From positions 128,001 through 192,000 of the forward strand of contig CAXXNO010000006.1 of NCBI GenBank assembly GCA_963663235.2: a DNA stretch of 64,000 nucleotides, in the 5' to 3' direction. Numbering within the stretch: position 1 is the first letter of the stretch; each line of letters starts with the position of its first letter. The notes beneath the pieces were generated by a model. The model saw only the letters and a program-made list of their open reading frames with translations. It had not been told where the DNA came from and searched no databases. This DNA comes from Dehalococcoidia bacterium (GTDB taxonomy: Bacteria > Chloroflexota > Dehalococcoidia > Bin125). Made by a program: the position numbers and the translations under genes. Positions 48,901-56,947 of this stretch are shown piece by piece.

Positions 48901-50527
48901 TGACTAACTTCTCCCACTGGGCGTCGAGGGGGGGGTTGCTGACCTGGGCGAAGAGTTGCTTGAAGTAGTTGAAGAGGGACTGCGGCTGGTCCGAGAGCAC
49001 GGCCAGCGGCGTGTCGTTGCCCATAGAGCCGACGGGCTCCTTGGCGTTGAGCGCCATGGCCGTCACGATCATCGCCAGCTCTTCGCTGGTGTAGCCTTGG
49101 GCGCGCTGGCGTTCGCGGAGGGTGGTCAGGTCAGCGGAGGGGATGGAGGCGGGCGGCGGCAGATCGTCGATGTGGAGGCGGTGCTGCCGCAACCAATCGC
49201 CGTAGGGCCGGCGCACGCTGAGGTCCGGCTTGAGCTCATCGTCCGGGACGATGCGGCCCTGATCCATGTCGATGAGGAAGACGCGGCCGGGCCGGACGCG
49301 GGACTTGAGCAGGATGCGGTCCGGGGGGATATCGAGGACGCCGGTCTCGGAGCCCATGACGACGAGGCCGTCCTTGGTGACCAGATAGCGCAAGGGGCGG
49401 AGGCCGTTGCGGTCCAGCACGACGGCGATCTGGTGGCCGTCGGTGGCGGCGATCATGGCGGGGCCGTCCCAGGGCTCCATGAGGGCGGCGTGGTAGTCGT
49501 AGAAGTCGCGGGTCTCCTGCGACATCGACGCGTGGTTCTCGAAGGCCTCCGGGATCATCATCATCAAGCAGTGCGGCAGGGGCCGTCCGGTGTGGAGGAG
49601 CAGTTCGAGGGTGTTATCGAAGGAGGCGGTATCGCTCTGGCCGGGCTGGGCGATCACGGGGAAGAGCGATTGCATTTCCTCGTCGGTGAAGCGGGGCGAG
49701 CGGAGATCCGTCTGTCGCGCGGTCATCCAGTTGATGTTGCCGCGGAGGGTGTTGATCTCGCCGTTGTGTGCGACAAAGCGGTAGGGGTGCGCCAGCCGCC
49801 AGGAGCCGAGCGTGTTGGTGCTGAAGCGCGAATGGACGATGGCGAAGGCGCTGACGACGTCGGGCTCGTGCAGGTCTTGGTAGAACGGCTCGACCTGGGT
49901 GCTGATCAGCAACCCTTTGTAGATCACGCGGTCCGTGAACATGCTGGGGATGTAGAAGTCCTCGGCGTTCTCGATGCCGGCGTCGTCGACGGCGTTCTCG
50001 ATGGAGCGTCGGGCGACGTAGAGTAGGCGGTTGAGATCTGCGCCGTCCGCCAGCTGCGGCCCCGCGCCGATGAAGAGATGCTCGATGCGGGGCATCACGC
50101 TGCGGGCGCCTGCGCCGATGGCATCGGGGTCGATAGGCACCCGGCGCCAGGCGAGGCAAGTGAGGCCGCGCGCGCGGACCTCGCGCTCGACGATGGCGCG
50201 GCAAGCATCGCGCTCCTCGGGATCCTGGGGAAAGAAGACGACGGCGAGGCCGTAGCGGCCGAGCGGGGGCAAGGAGAAGCCGAGCCGCTCCGCCTCGGCG
50301 CGAAAGAAGGCGTCCGGCATCTGGATGAGGACGCCGGCGCCGTCGCCGGTCTCGGGGTCCGAGCCGAGAGCGCCCCGATGTTCGAGGTTCTCGACGATCT
50401 CGATGGCCTGCTGGATGATGCGGTGCGTTTTTCTGCCGCTTAGGTTTGCCACGACGCCGACGCCGCAGGCGTCGTGCTCGAAGGCGGGGTCGTAGAGGCC
50501 CTGCTTAACGAGTCGTCTTGGCGTCAT
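45983..50527 (-). CDS. gltB: Glutamate synthase large subunit
   Basis: EHDACGVG, HSRFSTNT, HNGEINT, QIKMAQGAKPGEGGQLPG and GXGXG domain; 1514 aa. Confidence 0.99.
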   Translation of the reverse strand: MTPRRLVKQGLYDPAFEHDACGVGVVANLSGRKTHRIIQQAIEIVENLEHRGALGSDPETGDGAGVLIQMPDAFFRAEAERLGFSLPPLGRYGLAVVFFPQDPEERDACRAIVEREVRARGLTCLAWRRVPIDPDAIGAGARSVMPRIEHLFIGAGPQLADGADLNRLLYVARRSIENAVDDAGIENAEDFYIPSMFTDRVIYKGLLISTQVEPFYQDLHEPDVVSAFAIVHSRFSTNTLGSWRLAHPYRFVAHNGEINTLRGNINWMTARQTDLRSPRFTDEEMQSLFPVIAQPGQSDTASFDNTLELLLHTGRPLPHCLMMMIPEAFENHASMSQETRDFYDYHAALMEPWDGPAMIAATDGHQIAVVLDRNGLRPLRYLVTKDGLVVMGSETGVLDIPPDRILLKSRVRPGRVFLIDMDQGRIVPDDELKPDLSVRRPYGDWLRQHRLHIDDLPPPASIPSADLTTLRERQRAQGYTSEELAMIVTAMALNAKEPVGSMGNDTPLAVLSDQPQSLFNYFKQLFAQVSNPPLDAQWEKLVTSTETLLGARRNLFDETPEHCRQLKIKQPVITNAQLAQIKEMDHPGLRCATLPTLFDAKAGPGALKIALDALRASASAAVDQGYTLLVLSDRGIDATHAPIPSLLALSAVHHHLIREGRRTSVDLIMESGEPREVHHFALLIGYGAGAVNPYLALETLADLRLQGALPDDVDQAITEGRYIAAVDKGIVKVMSKMGISTVSCYRGAQIFEAVGLGQELVDEYFTKTPTRVGGIGLDVIETEALARHDHAYPERAISEALDLHAGGVYHWRRDGEHHMLHPDAIAKIQEAAQRNRYDLYLQFAEMVDRDAEQLATIRGLLEFKQAARPLSIDEVEPASEIVKRFATGAASFGSISKEAHETLAIAMNRIGAKSNTGEGGEDPARYVLDPNGDSRKSAVKQVASGRFGVNSNYLINATDLQIKMAQGAKPGEGGQLPGYKVDETIARVRHSMPGVELISPPPHHDIYSIEDLAELIHDLKNSNPDARIHVKLVSEVGVGTIAAGVSKGHGDVVLISGDSGGTGASPQTSIKHGGLPWELGVAETQQVLVMNGLRGRIVVQTDGQLKTGRDVAIACLLGAEEFGFATLPLVTLGCIMLRKCHLNACSVGIATQDPELRRRFAGKPEYVINYMLFVADHFRSIMAALGFRTVNEMVGRVDRLEPRQAIDHWKGAGLDFSALLHRPDVLPDVATYCCEPQDHGLDKALDHQLVAQARLAIDEKRPVTFDIPIRNHNRAVGGILSSEISKRYGEEGLPPDTIQVNFRGSAGQSFGAWLARGVVFNLEGDSNDYIAKGLSGGRIVVTPPREATFVPQENIVIGNVALYGATDGEIYVHGLAGERFAVRNSGARAVVEGVGDHGCEYMTAGFVVVLGPTGRNFAAGMSGGIAYVLDEAGDFRLRCNLDMVALESVAEPEDREILRDMVATHVRYTGSRYAQGLLDRWDTLRPKFVKVFPRDYRRVLQERATRREQTAASA

Positions 50528-50684
50528 CGCCCCACCCCACTACGCAGCGTGCTAGTGCGATCTTGCGGAGGCGCATCCGGCCCCGGCACGCAGCAACCAG
50601 CCCGGATACCTGCTCCCGATCCGAAACGGCGAAAGCCGCTGCGCCCGCAGCGGTTGCGGGAGCATAGCAGCGACCGTCGGAATG

Positions 50685-50700
50685 TGTGAAGATTTTCTCA
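50685..50700. promoter_or_regulatory. CRP-like binding site upstream of gltB
   Basis: TGTGA-AGATTT-TCTCA, one mismatch to TGTGA-N6-TCACA, in an AT-rich promoter island. Confidence 0.4.
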
Positions 50701-50800
50701 TACTACTGCTGTTAGTGTCGAGGGGCCTATAGAAAGCCTCTATAACACACGATCCGGCACACCGCCAAGGAGGGGCGGGCCCCGCGGGCAGCGAGCGGAG

Positions 50801-50860
50801 GGGCCTCTGTAGGGCCTCTGTAGGGCCTCTGTAGGGCCTCTGTAGGGCCTCTGTAGGGCC
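50801..50860. repeat. 11-bp perfect tandem repeat (GGGCCTCTGTA) x5
   Basis: Read directly; abuts the aminotransferase stop codon. Confidence 0.95.
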
Positions 50861-50862
50861 CT

Positions 50863-52224
50863 CTACAAGATCTGGGCGGCGCGGAGATCGGCGAGGGCAC
50901 CCTCGAAGGCGTCGACGGTGGCGTCGATGTCGGTGTCGGTGTGGACGCAGGAAACGAGCGCGCCCATGCCGATCAAGTCGACGCCGCGGTTGAGGAGGCT
51001 TCGCCGGAACGGCCAGACGACCGCGGCGGGCGTGGTGGGGACCGTGGCCTGCGGGGCAGCGCCGTCCCAATTCCAGGTGAAGTCATCGATGGGTGGGGGG
51101 ACATCGCGGCCGAGGACGATATGCAGCATGGAGGCGTCGCCGTAGACGGCACCCGGCACCTCAGCGCGCCGGATGGCGGCGTTGAGATCGCCTGCCAAGC
51201 GACGGGCGCGCTCGTTGGCGATGCGGACCGGCTCGCCGGTGGCGACCTCGGCCAGAGTGGCGACGCCGGCCGCGGCGCTCAGGGGGTTGGCGTTGAAGGT
51301 GCCGGGATGGCTGACGCGGCCGGTATTACGCTCGTCGCCTTCGCGGATGGCGATCTGGTCGATGAGGTCGGCGCGCCCGACCACGGCCCCGCCGGGCAGA
51401 CCGCCGGCCAGGACCTTGGCGAGGGTCGTGAGGTCGGGCGTGATTCCGAGACGCTCCTGGAAGCCGCCCGAGGAGGCGCGGAAGCCGGTCACTACCTCGT
51501 CGAAGATGAGAATCGTGCCGGTGGCGCGGGTGCGCTCGCGCATGAGCTCCAGAACAGACGGGTCCAAGGGCCCGCCGCCAAAGTGGTAGCCCCCGGGCTC
51601 ACAGATGGCGGCGGCGATGGTACCGGTGTCGAGGGCGGCGGCGATGGCGTCGGTGTCGTTTTGGTCGACGGTGGTCACGGTGGCCTGCCACTCGGGCGGG
51701 AGGCCAGCGGTGCTGAGCAGCCCCGCGGACATCCGCGCACCGCCCGCCGTGACGCTGTCGTTCCAGCCGTGGAAGTGGTGGCGGAGCTTGAGCAAGCCGG
51801 TGCGGCCGGTGGCGGCGCGGGCCAAGCGGACGGCCATCATGGTGGCCTCGGTTCCCGAGGCCGTGAAGCGGACTCGCTCCGCGCTGGGAAACAAGGCCTG
51901 GACGGCCCGTGCCCAGCGAATCTCCAGATCGTGTGATGCGCCGTAGTGGGTGCCGCGCTCCACCTGGCGCTGCACGGCCTGTACCAACGAGGGGTGCGCG
52001 TGGCCCAGCAGCAGCGCCCCGTGGCCCATCACGTAGTCGATGATCTCATTGCCGTCGGCGTCCCACTTGCGCGCGCCGGCGGCGCGGTCGATGTAGGGCC
52101 CGAAGGGAGGGAAGTAGCGGACGTCATGGGTGACGCCGCCGGGGAAAAAGGTCTCCGCCTCCTCGTGCAGCTCGGCGGAGCGCGGGTGCAGGGCGGTGTA
52201 GCGATCATCGATCGTCGAGGTCAT
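50863..52224 (-). CDS. Class III aminotransferase, glutamate-1-semialdehyde aminomutase-like
   Basis: PGGV, SGTEATM.A.R.ARA.TGR, IFDEVVTGFR, AKVLAGGLP and GTFNANP. Confidence 0.93.
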   Translation of the reverse strand: MTSTIDDRYTALHPRSAELHEEAETFFPGGVTHDVRYFPPFGPYIDRAAGARKWDADGNEIIDYVMGHGALLLGHAHPSLVQAVQRQVERGTHYGASHDLEIRWARAVQALFPSAERVRFTASGTEATMMAVRLARAATGRTGLLKLRHHFHGWNDSVTAGGARMSAGLLSTAGLPPEWQATVTTVDQNDTDAIAAALDTGTIAAAICEPGGYHFGGGPLDPSVLELMRERTRATGTILIFDEVVTGFRASSGGFQERLGITPDLTTLAKVLAGGLPGGAVVGRADLIDQIAIREGDERNTGRVSHPGTFNANPLSAAAGVATLAEVATGEPVRIANERARRLAGDLNAAIRRAEVPGAVYGDASMLHIVLGRDVPPPIDDFTWNWDGAAPQATVPTTPAAVVWPFRRSLLNRGVDLIGMGALVSCVHTDTDIDATVDAFEGALADLRAAQIL

Positions 52225-52369
52225 GGGGCCACCTTTCCGCAGGACCGCAGGCGCCGCGGCTCATGGATCGCGTCAAGCCTAGCGGCTGGCGCGGTCCCCC
52301 ACACGGCCGAAACCCCAGCGAAAGCGGCGGGGTCCGGCGGGGGCGCCAAGCGCGGCGAAACAGGCGGGC

Positions 52370-52584
52370 TCAGGCGGCGTAGGACATCACCCGCTCCCAG
52401 GGACCGAACAGGGCGAAGCCGCCGCAGCGCCCGCAGACCAGCCCCCCCGGCGGGTCTGCGCCACCGGAGCGGCGCTGGGCCGGTCGGGCGCGGGAAGCAG
52501 CCGGGTGTGGCCGTCCTTGCGCTGGACGCTTCCCAAGTTGCGTCCACAAGACAGGCAGGTGATCTCGGCGACCTCAGCGGGCAT
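52370..52584 (-). CDS. Small zinc-ribbon protein (CxxC...CxxC), -1 frameshift in the C7 tract at 52442-52448
   Basis: MPAEVAEITCLSCGR...; adding one G gives ...TRRGGLVCGRCGGFALFGPWERVMSYAA*; SD GGAGG upstream. Confidence 0.65.
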
Positions 52585-52726
52585 CGTCGCCCTCCCTCCG
52601 CGCATGCCGATCACGCCATAGGGCGATTCTTCACGGGTCGCTTAATCTACGCATCAGGTGCGGACCCGGTTTCGCGGCCGGGAAGCGCCGATCCGGCGGC
52701 CGGTGGGACCGTAGGGGGAAGGGTTT

Positions 52727-53038
52727 TCAAGAGGCGGGCGGGGCGGCAGCCTGGCGGACGATCGCCGCCATCTGGTAGGCCAGATCGGAGGTCGCCAAGG
52801 AGACGTAGACCTGCCCGCGGCGCCGTTCGACGCGAATCAGATCGGCGTGCTCGATGACGCGGAGGTGGCTGGAGACCGCCGGCGGCGTGATGCCGAGTTG
52901 ATCGATGAGCTCGCGGCAGGCGTGGGCCGATCGGTCCGCGGCGAGGGTGCGTATGATCTCGTACCGGGCCTCGCTGGAGAGGGCACGGAAGGCGTTGAGC
53001 CTGCGCCGGTCGGCTGTAGGTCCTCTGCGATCGTTCAT
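52727..53038 (-). CDS. ArsR/SmtB family transcriptional regulator
   Basis: FRALS...R..II..L, C.EL...LGIT.PAVS.HL.V and RRGQ. Confidence 0.9.
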   Translation of the reverse strand: MNDRRGPTADRRRLNAFRALSSEARYEIIRTLAADRSAHACRELIDQLGITPPAVSSHLRVIEHADLIRVERRRGQVYVSLATSDLAYQMAAIVRQAAAPPAS

Positions 53039-53136
53039 CGATTCACTAATAGGTGAACGTCTGTGCTGCGGTCCATCAAGAGACCGCGTGAACGGACAGG
53101 GTGGCCGCGGCGAGGCATCTCGTATGATCGGGCGGC

Positions 53137-53895
53137 ATGGACATCACACGGCGTCAGGCGCTGTTGTTGATCGCGGTCGTCGTGGGCACAATGGCGGCCC
53201 TGGTCATCGCGGATCAGATCGTGGAGCGGTACTCACCGTGGGACTTCGACGACTTCGCCGAGTGGATCGACGGGCTGGGGGCGGCCGGGCCGATCCTCTA
53301 TATCCTCGCGTTCGCGGTCTCGATGGTGATTGCGCCGTTGCCGACGTTCCCAGCGCCGTTCGCGGCGGCGACCGCGTTCGGGAGCGTGGCGGCCTTCTTC
53401 TACACCCTGTTGGGGGGGGCGATCGGGGGGGCGCTGTGCTTCTGGATCGCGCGGCGCTGGGGCCGGCCGGCGCTGCAACGCTTCCTGCCCGAGAAGTTCG
53501 TGAGGGAGATCGACCGAGTCGCGGACCGGATGGGGCTGCGGGTTCTGTTCTTGCTGCGGCTGTTTCCATTGCTGGGCGCGGACGTCGTTTCGTATGGGGC
53601 GGGGCTCACGCCGATCCGCTTTCCGGCCTACCTGGCGATCTCGATCTTGGCGTCGATTCCGGTGTTGCTGTTGATCTCCATCGTTGGGGAAGAGGCGCGG
53701 GAAGACCGCATTGTGGCAGGGATCGCGCTGGCGGCGCTGGCCGCCTTCCTGATCCTGCCGCTTCTGTATGTGGTGGTGCGACGTCGACGGCCGCCGCAGG
53801 CATCGCCGGCCGGAGCGTCGCCGGCTGCCGCGTCGACCGACCCGCCACAGCGCGCGCGTGACTCCGGAGCGGGGGCGGACGGGGAGGGCGGCTAG
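53137..53895 (+). CDS. TVP38/TMEM64 (VTT/DedA-like) membrane protein
   Basis: FWIARRWGR, LLRLFPLL..DVVSYGAGLT.I.F..Y. Confidence 0.93.
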   Translation: MDITRRQALLLIAVVVGTMAALVIADQIVERYSPWDFDDFAEWIDGLGAAGPILYILAFAVSMVIAPLPTFPAPFAAATAFGSVAAFFYTLLGGAIGGALCFWIARRWGRPALQRFLPEKFVREIDRVADRMGLRVLFLLRLFPLLGADVVSYGAGLTPIRFPAYLAISILASIPVLLLISIVGEEAREDRIVAGIALAALAAFLILPLLYVVVRRRRPPQASPAGASPAAASTDPPQRARDSGAGADGEGG

Positions 53896-54671
53896 CGCCC
53901 CTGCCAGACGGGCGCCCGGCCCTCCGCGAAGGCGCGCGGCCCCTCGATGGCGTCCTGCGATTGCCACATCAGGCGCACATTGTGGGAGAGGTGCTCGATG
54001 GCGGTGATCAGCGGCATGTCCTGGCCGCGGTAGGCGGCCTCCTTGCTGGCGCGGATGGAGAGCGGGGCGCAGGCGATGATCTCGTCGGCCCAGCGGCGGG
54101 CGGCGGGGAGCAGATCGTCCGCGGGGACTAGCTCGTTGACGAGGCCCCAGCGCAACGCCTCCTCGGCCGGCATGTAGCGGGCAGTCAGGATGTAGCCCAT
54201 GGCGATGCGGGAGGGGATCTGCCGCGGCAGGCGCTGAACGCCGCCGGCGGCGGCCATGAGGCCGACGGTGGGCTCGGGGAGCCCGAGGCGAGCGCCCTCG
54301 GCGCAGATGATGATATCGCAGGCAAGGGCCATCTCCAGCCCGAGACCCAGCGCGTAGCCGTGCACGGCCGCGATCATCGGTTTCCAGCACTCGAAGTCGC
54401 GGGTGATTGCGCCGCCGCCGCCCTTGAGCAGACCGCTTGCGGAGGTCTCGCCGGTGGCGGCGGTGTGCTTGAGGTCGTTGCCGGCGCTGAAGGCGCGTCC
54501 GGCGCCGGTGAGGATGGCGACCCAGGCATCATCGTCGGCCTTGAAGCGGGCCCAGGCGTCGACGAGCTCGGCGGTGGCCGGGGGGTGGATGGCGTTGAGC
54601 CGCTCGGGGCGGTTGAAGGTGATGGTGACGACGCGATCGGTCTGGTCGTAGGTGATGAACTCGTAATCCAC
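53892..54671 (-). CDS. Enoyl-CoA hydratase/isomerase family protein (CaiD-like)
   Basis: TFNRPERLNA, GRAFSAGNDLK, IAAVHGYALG.GLE and GLPE..VGL.A.AGG. Confidence 0.95.
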   Translation of the reverse strand: MDYEFITYDQTDRVVTITFNRPERLNAIHPPATAELVDAWARFKADDDAWVAILTGAGRAFSAGNDLKHTAATGETSASGLLKGGGGAITRDFECWKPMIAAVHGYALGLGLEMALACDIIICAEGARLGLPEPTVGLMAAAGGVQRLPRQIPSRIAMGYILTARYMPAEEALRWGLVNELVPADDLLPAARRWADEIIACAPLSIRASKEAAYRGQDMPLITAIEHLSHNVRLMWQSQDAIEGPRAFAEGRAPVWQGR

Positions 54672-54782
54672 GGTGGTCCTCCACTCCGGTCGAAATCCAG
54701 CGAGACGCCCGCAGTCTGGGCGGAGCGCGTCCGCGCCGTCAACCGAACGAGGGGAGACGGCAGCCGATATGCTGAGCCGGCC

Positions 54783-55817
54783 GTGGACAGGAATCGAGAC
54801 CTGGATCGCCTGCCGCCCCTGAGCGTCGAAGAAGAGAGCGCGTACGCGGAAGGCCAGGCGCTGCGCGCGCTGGCCCGCGAGCGGCCGCCGGGCTGGATCG
54901 ACCGCTGCGTGGAGGCGGCGCTGCAGGGGGCGCATCCCTTCCCGCGCGGCGAAGCACGGATCGCGTTGCAGTTCGCGCCCGCGGAGGCGGTGGTCGCGGC
55001 GCTGCTGCCAGCGCTGACGTCGGAAAACCGGCGGCTGCGGCGGCGGGCGATGACGTTGCTGCCGCGGCTGGAGGCCGGCGAGGTGGCGCGGCAGATGGAG
55101 CGATGGCTGCCGACGGCGTCGCGGGAGGGGAAACGAGCGGCGTGCGTGGTGCTGGCGGCGCTGGGTGAAGCGGGGTCGGCGCTGCTGCGCGGCCTGCGCG
55201 ACGATCCGGAGCCGGCGGTGGCGCGTCGGGCCGGGCGGGCGCTCCAGGCGCTGCAGGAGCGGACGTCGTCTGCGACGGCGGGAGAGTTACCGGAGTCGGC
55301 GGAGCGCCCGTTCGGGCTGCGGCCGCCCGAGGGATTGCCGCCGCCGCGCCGTCACCCGTTCGCGGTGGCGGCGTTCAACTTCTCCTACGGCGTCAACCTG
55401 GGCGTGCTGATCCGCAGCGCCGAGGCGGCGGGGGCGCAGGCCGTGTGGATCGTGGGGCGCGATTTCTACTACCGGCCGTCGACGAAGGGGAGCGACTGGT
55501 GGCTGCCGGTGGAGGTGATCCCGAGCCCGCGCGCGTGCATCGAGCGGGCGCGGGAGGAGGGCTACGAGATCGTGGCGGTGCAGCAAGGGGCGGAGGCGCG
55601 ATCGGTCTACGACGTGGACTGGCCGGAGCGGCCGCTGATCGTGGTGGGGAACGAAGGGGACGGGCTCCCAACGGCGTTCCTGGCGGCAGCCGCACGGCAG
55701 ATCAGCATCCCAGTGGCCGGGGTGATCGACAGCCTGAACGTGGCCGTGGCGGCGAGCGTGGCGATGTATTTCTACCTGGCCCATGTGGAGAGCCGAAGCG
55801 CGAAGTTCTCGACATAA
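54783..55817 (+). CDS. HEAT-repeat plus SpoU/TrmH family RNA methyltransferase fusion
   Basis: C-terminal NLGVLIRSAEAAG, VVGNEGDGL and IPVAGVIDSLNVAVA; N-terminal LRDDPEPAVARRA..AL HEAT-like repeats; start approximate. Confidence 0.8.
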   Translation: MDRNRDLDRLPPLSVEEESAYAEGQALRALARERPPGWIDRCVEAALQGAHPFPRGEARIALQFAPAEAVVAALLPALTSENRRLRRRAMTLLPRLEAGEVARQMERWLPTASREGKRAACVVLAALGEAGSALLRGLRDDPEPAVARRAGRALQALQERTSSATAGELPESAERPFGLRPPEGLPPPRRHPFAVAAFNFSYGVNLGVLIRSAEAAGAQAVWIVGRDFYYRPSTKGSDWWLPVEVIPSPRACIERAREEGYEIVAVQQGAEARSVYDVDWPERPLIVVGNEGDGLPTAFLAAAARQISIPVAGVIDSLNVAVAASVAMYFYLAHVESRSAKFST

Positions 55818-55917
55818 AGATTCGATGGCCGTGTGGCCCATCGAGAGGCCTGGGACACCGTTAAGCCGACGTAAAGCGAGGCCGACCGCGGGTCGATCCG
55901 GCCCGATCGAGCAGGCT

Positions 55918-56877
55918 ATGTTAAGTCGCGTGCGACGGGGTCGGATCTCTCGAAGGGCGTTGCTGCACCGCGGGCTAAGCACCTCGCTGGGGGCCGCGGC
56001 GCTCGGAATCGGCGTGCCGGTGGCCGCGCGGCGCGCATCGGCGCAGACCTACGTGCCGGGGAGCCAGCAGCCGAGCCTCTACGCAGGGTGGAACGCCGTC
56101 CCGTGGCTGGGACCGGCCGTGGCGGCCGAGGAGGCTTTGCGGGACCTCCCCCTGGTTGTCGCGTACCAGCGGGACAACGACGAAGGCACCTGGCGGTCGT
56201 ACCGGCCGGAGTCGAGCGTCAACGAGCTACGCGAGATCGGCTACACCATGCCGCTCTGGCTGCAGCTCCATCGGGGGGGAGACTGGCAGCAGCAGCCCGA
56301 GCCGCCCGGCCTCCCCGACAACGTGCTGCTGCCGGGCGGTTGGTCATTCGTCAGTTGGACCGGCGACGACGTCCCAGTGTGGACAGTGTTCGGCGAGACT
56401 ACCGCGTCGCCGATCGTGCAGGCGGTGCGATGGAACGCCGCGGAGCAGCGGCACTACGCGTATATCCCTAGTGTCGCGGCCCTGGAAGAGTTCGCCATCC
56501 TGCACGGCGGCGACGCGATCTGGCTGAACATCGACGTCCCGGGCCAAACCTGGAACCCCGCGCTCGGACTGGGGATCGATCCCGTGGAGCCGGGAGTGTT
56601 CCAGGGGCAAGCGACGTTTTTCTGGTCCGGCCTGCAAGGGCAGACGATGTACTGCGGCGGCTCGTACGATCGCCATGACCCGACGATCGCCGCCACGACC
56701 TCGTGGCCGTGCGGGACGCGCCTGCGGATCTGGCGGGGCGAGCGTTCCGTGGACGTGGTGGTGCAGGACCGGGGCGCGCTGGGCCCGTACCACATCGACC
56801 TGTCTGAGGCGGCGTTCCAGCGGATCGCGGATCTGGCCGAGGGGCACATCGACGTGCTGATCGAACCGCTGCTCTGA
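55918..56877 (+). CDS. Tat-exported protein with two GWN-type modules and a C-terminal RlpA-like DPBB domain
   Basis: SRRALL twin-arginine signal; ATF...G..M.CGG.YD, WPCGTRL.I, V.VQDRG and IDLS.AAF..I..L..G. Confidence 0.88.
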   Translation: MLSRVRRGRISRRALLHRGLSTSLGAAALGIGVPVAARRASAQTYVPGSQQPSLYAGWNAVPWLGPAVAAEEALRDLPLVVAYQRDNDEGTWRSYRPESSVNELREIGYTMPLWLQLHRGGDWQQQPEPPGLPDNVLLPGGWSFVSWTGDDVPVWTVFGETTASPIVQAVRWNAAEQRHYAYIPSVAALEEFAILHGGDAIWLNIDVPGQTWNPALGLGIDPVEPGVFQGQATFFWSGLQGQTMYCGGSYDRHDPTIAATTSWPCGTRLRIWRGERSVDVVVQDRGALGPYHIDLSEAAFQRIADLAEGHIDVLIEPLL

Positions 56878-56947
56878 GCCCCCGCGGCGTCCATTCAGTA
56901 GACTTCGCGTGACAACTTGAGGCATCCGAGTACTGAGGAGCGCAGCC

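Noticed and set aside
50863-52224. Assigning the symbol hemL
   Set aside because: Family match only; lacks the PGGVNSPVR signature and there are no tetrapyrrole genes nearby
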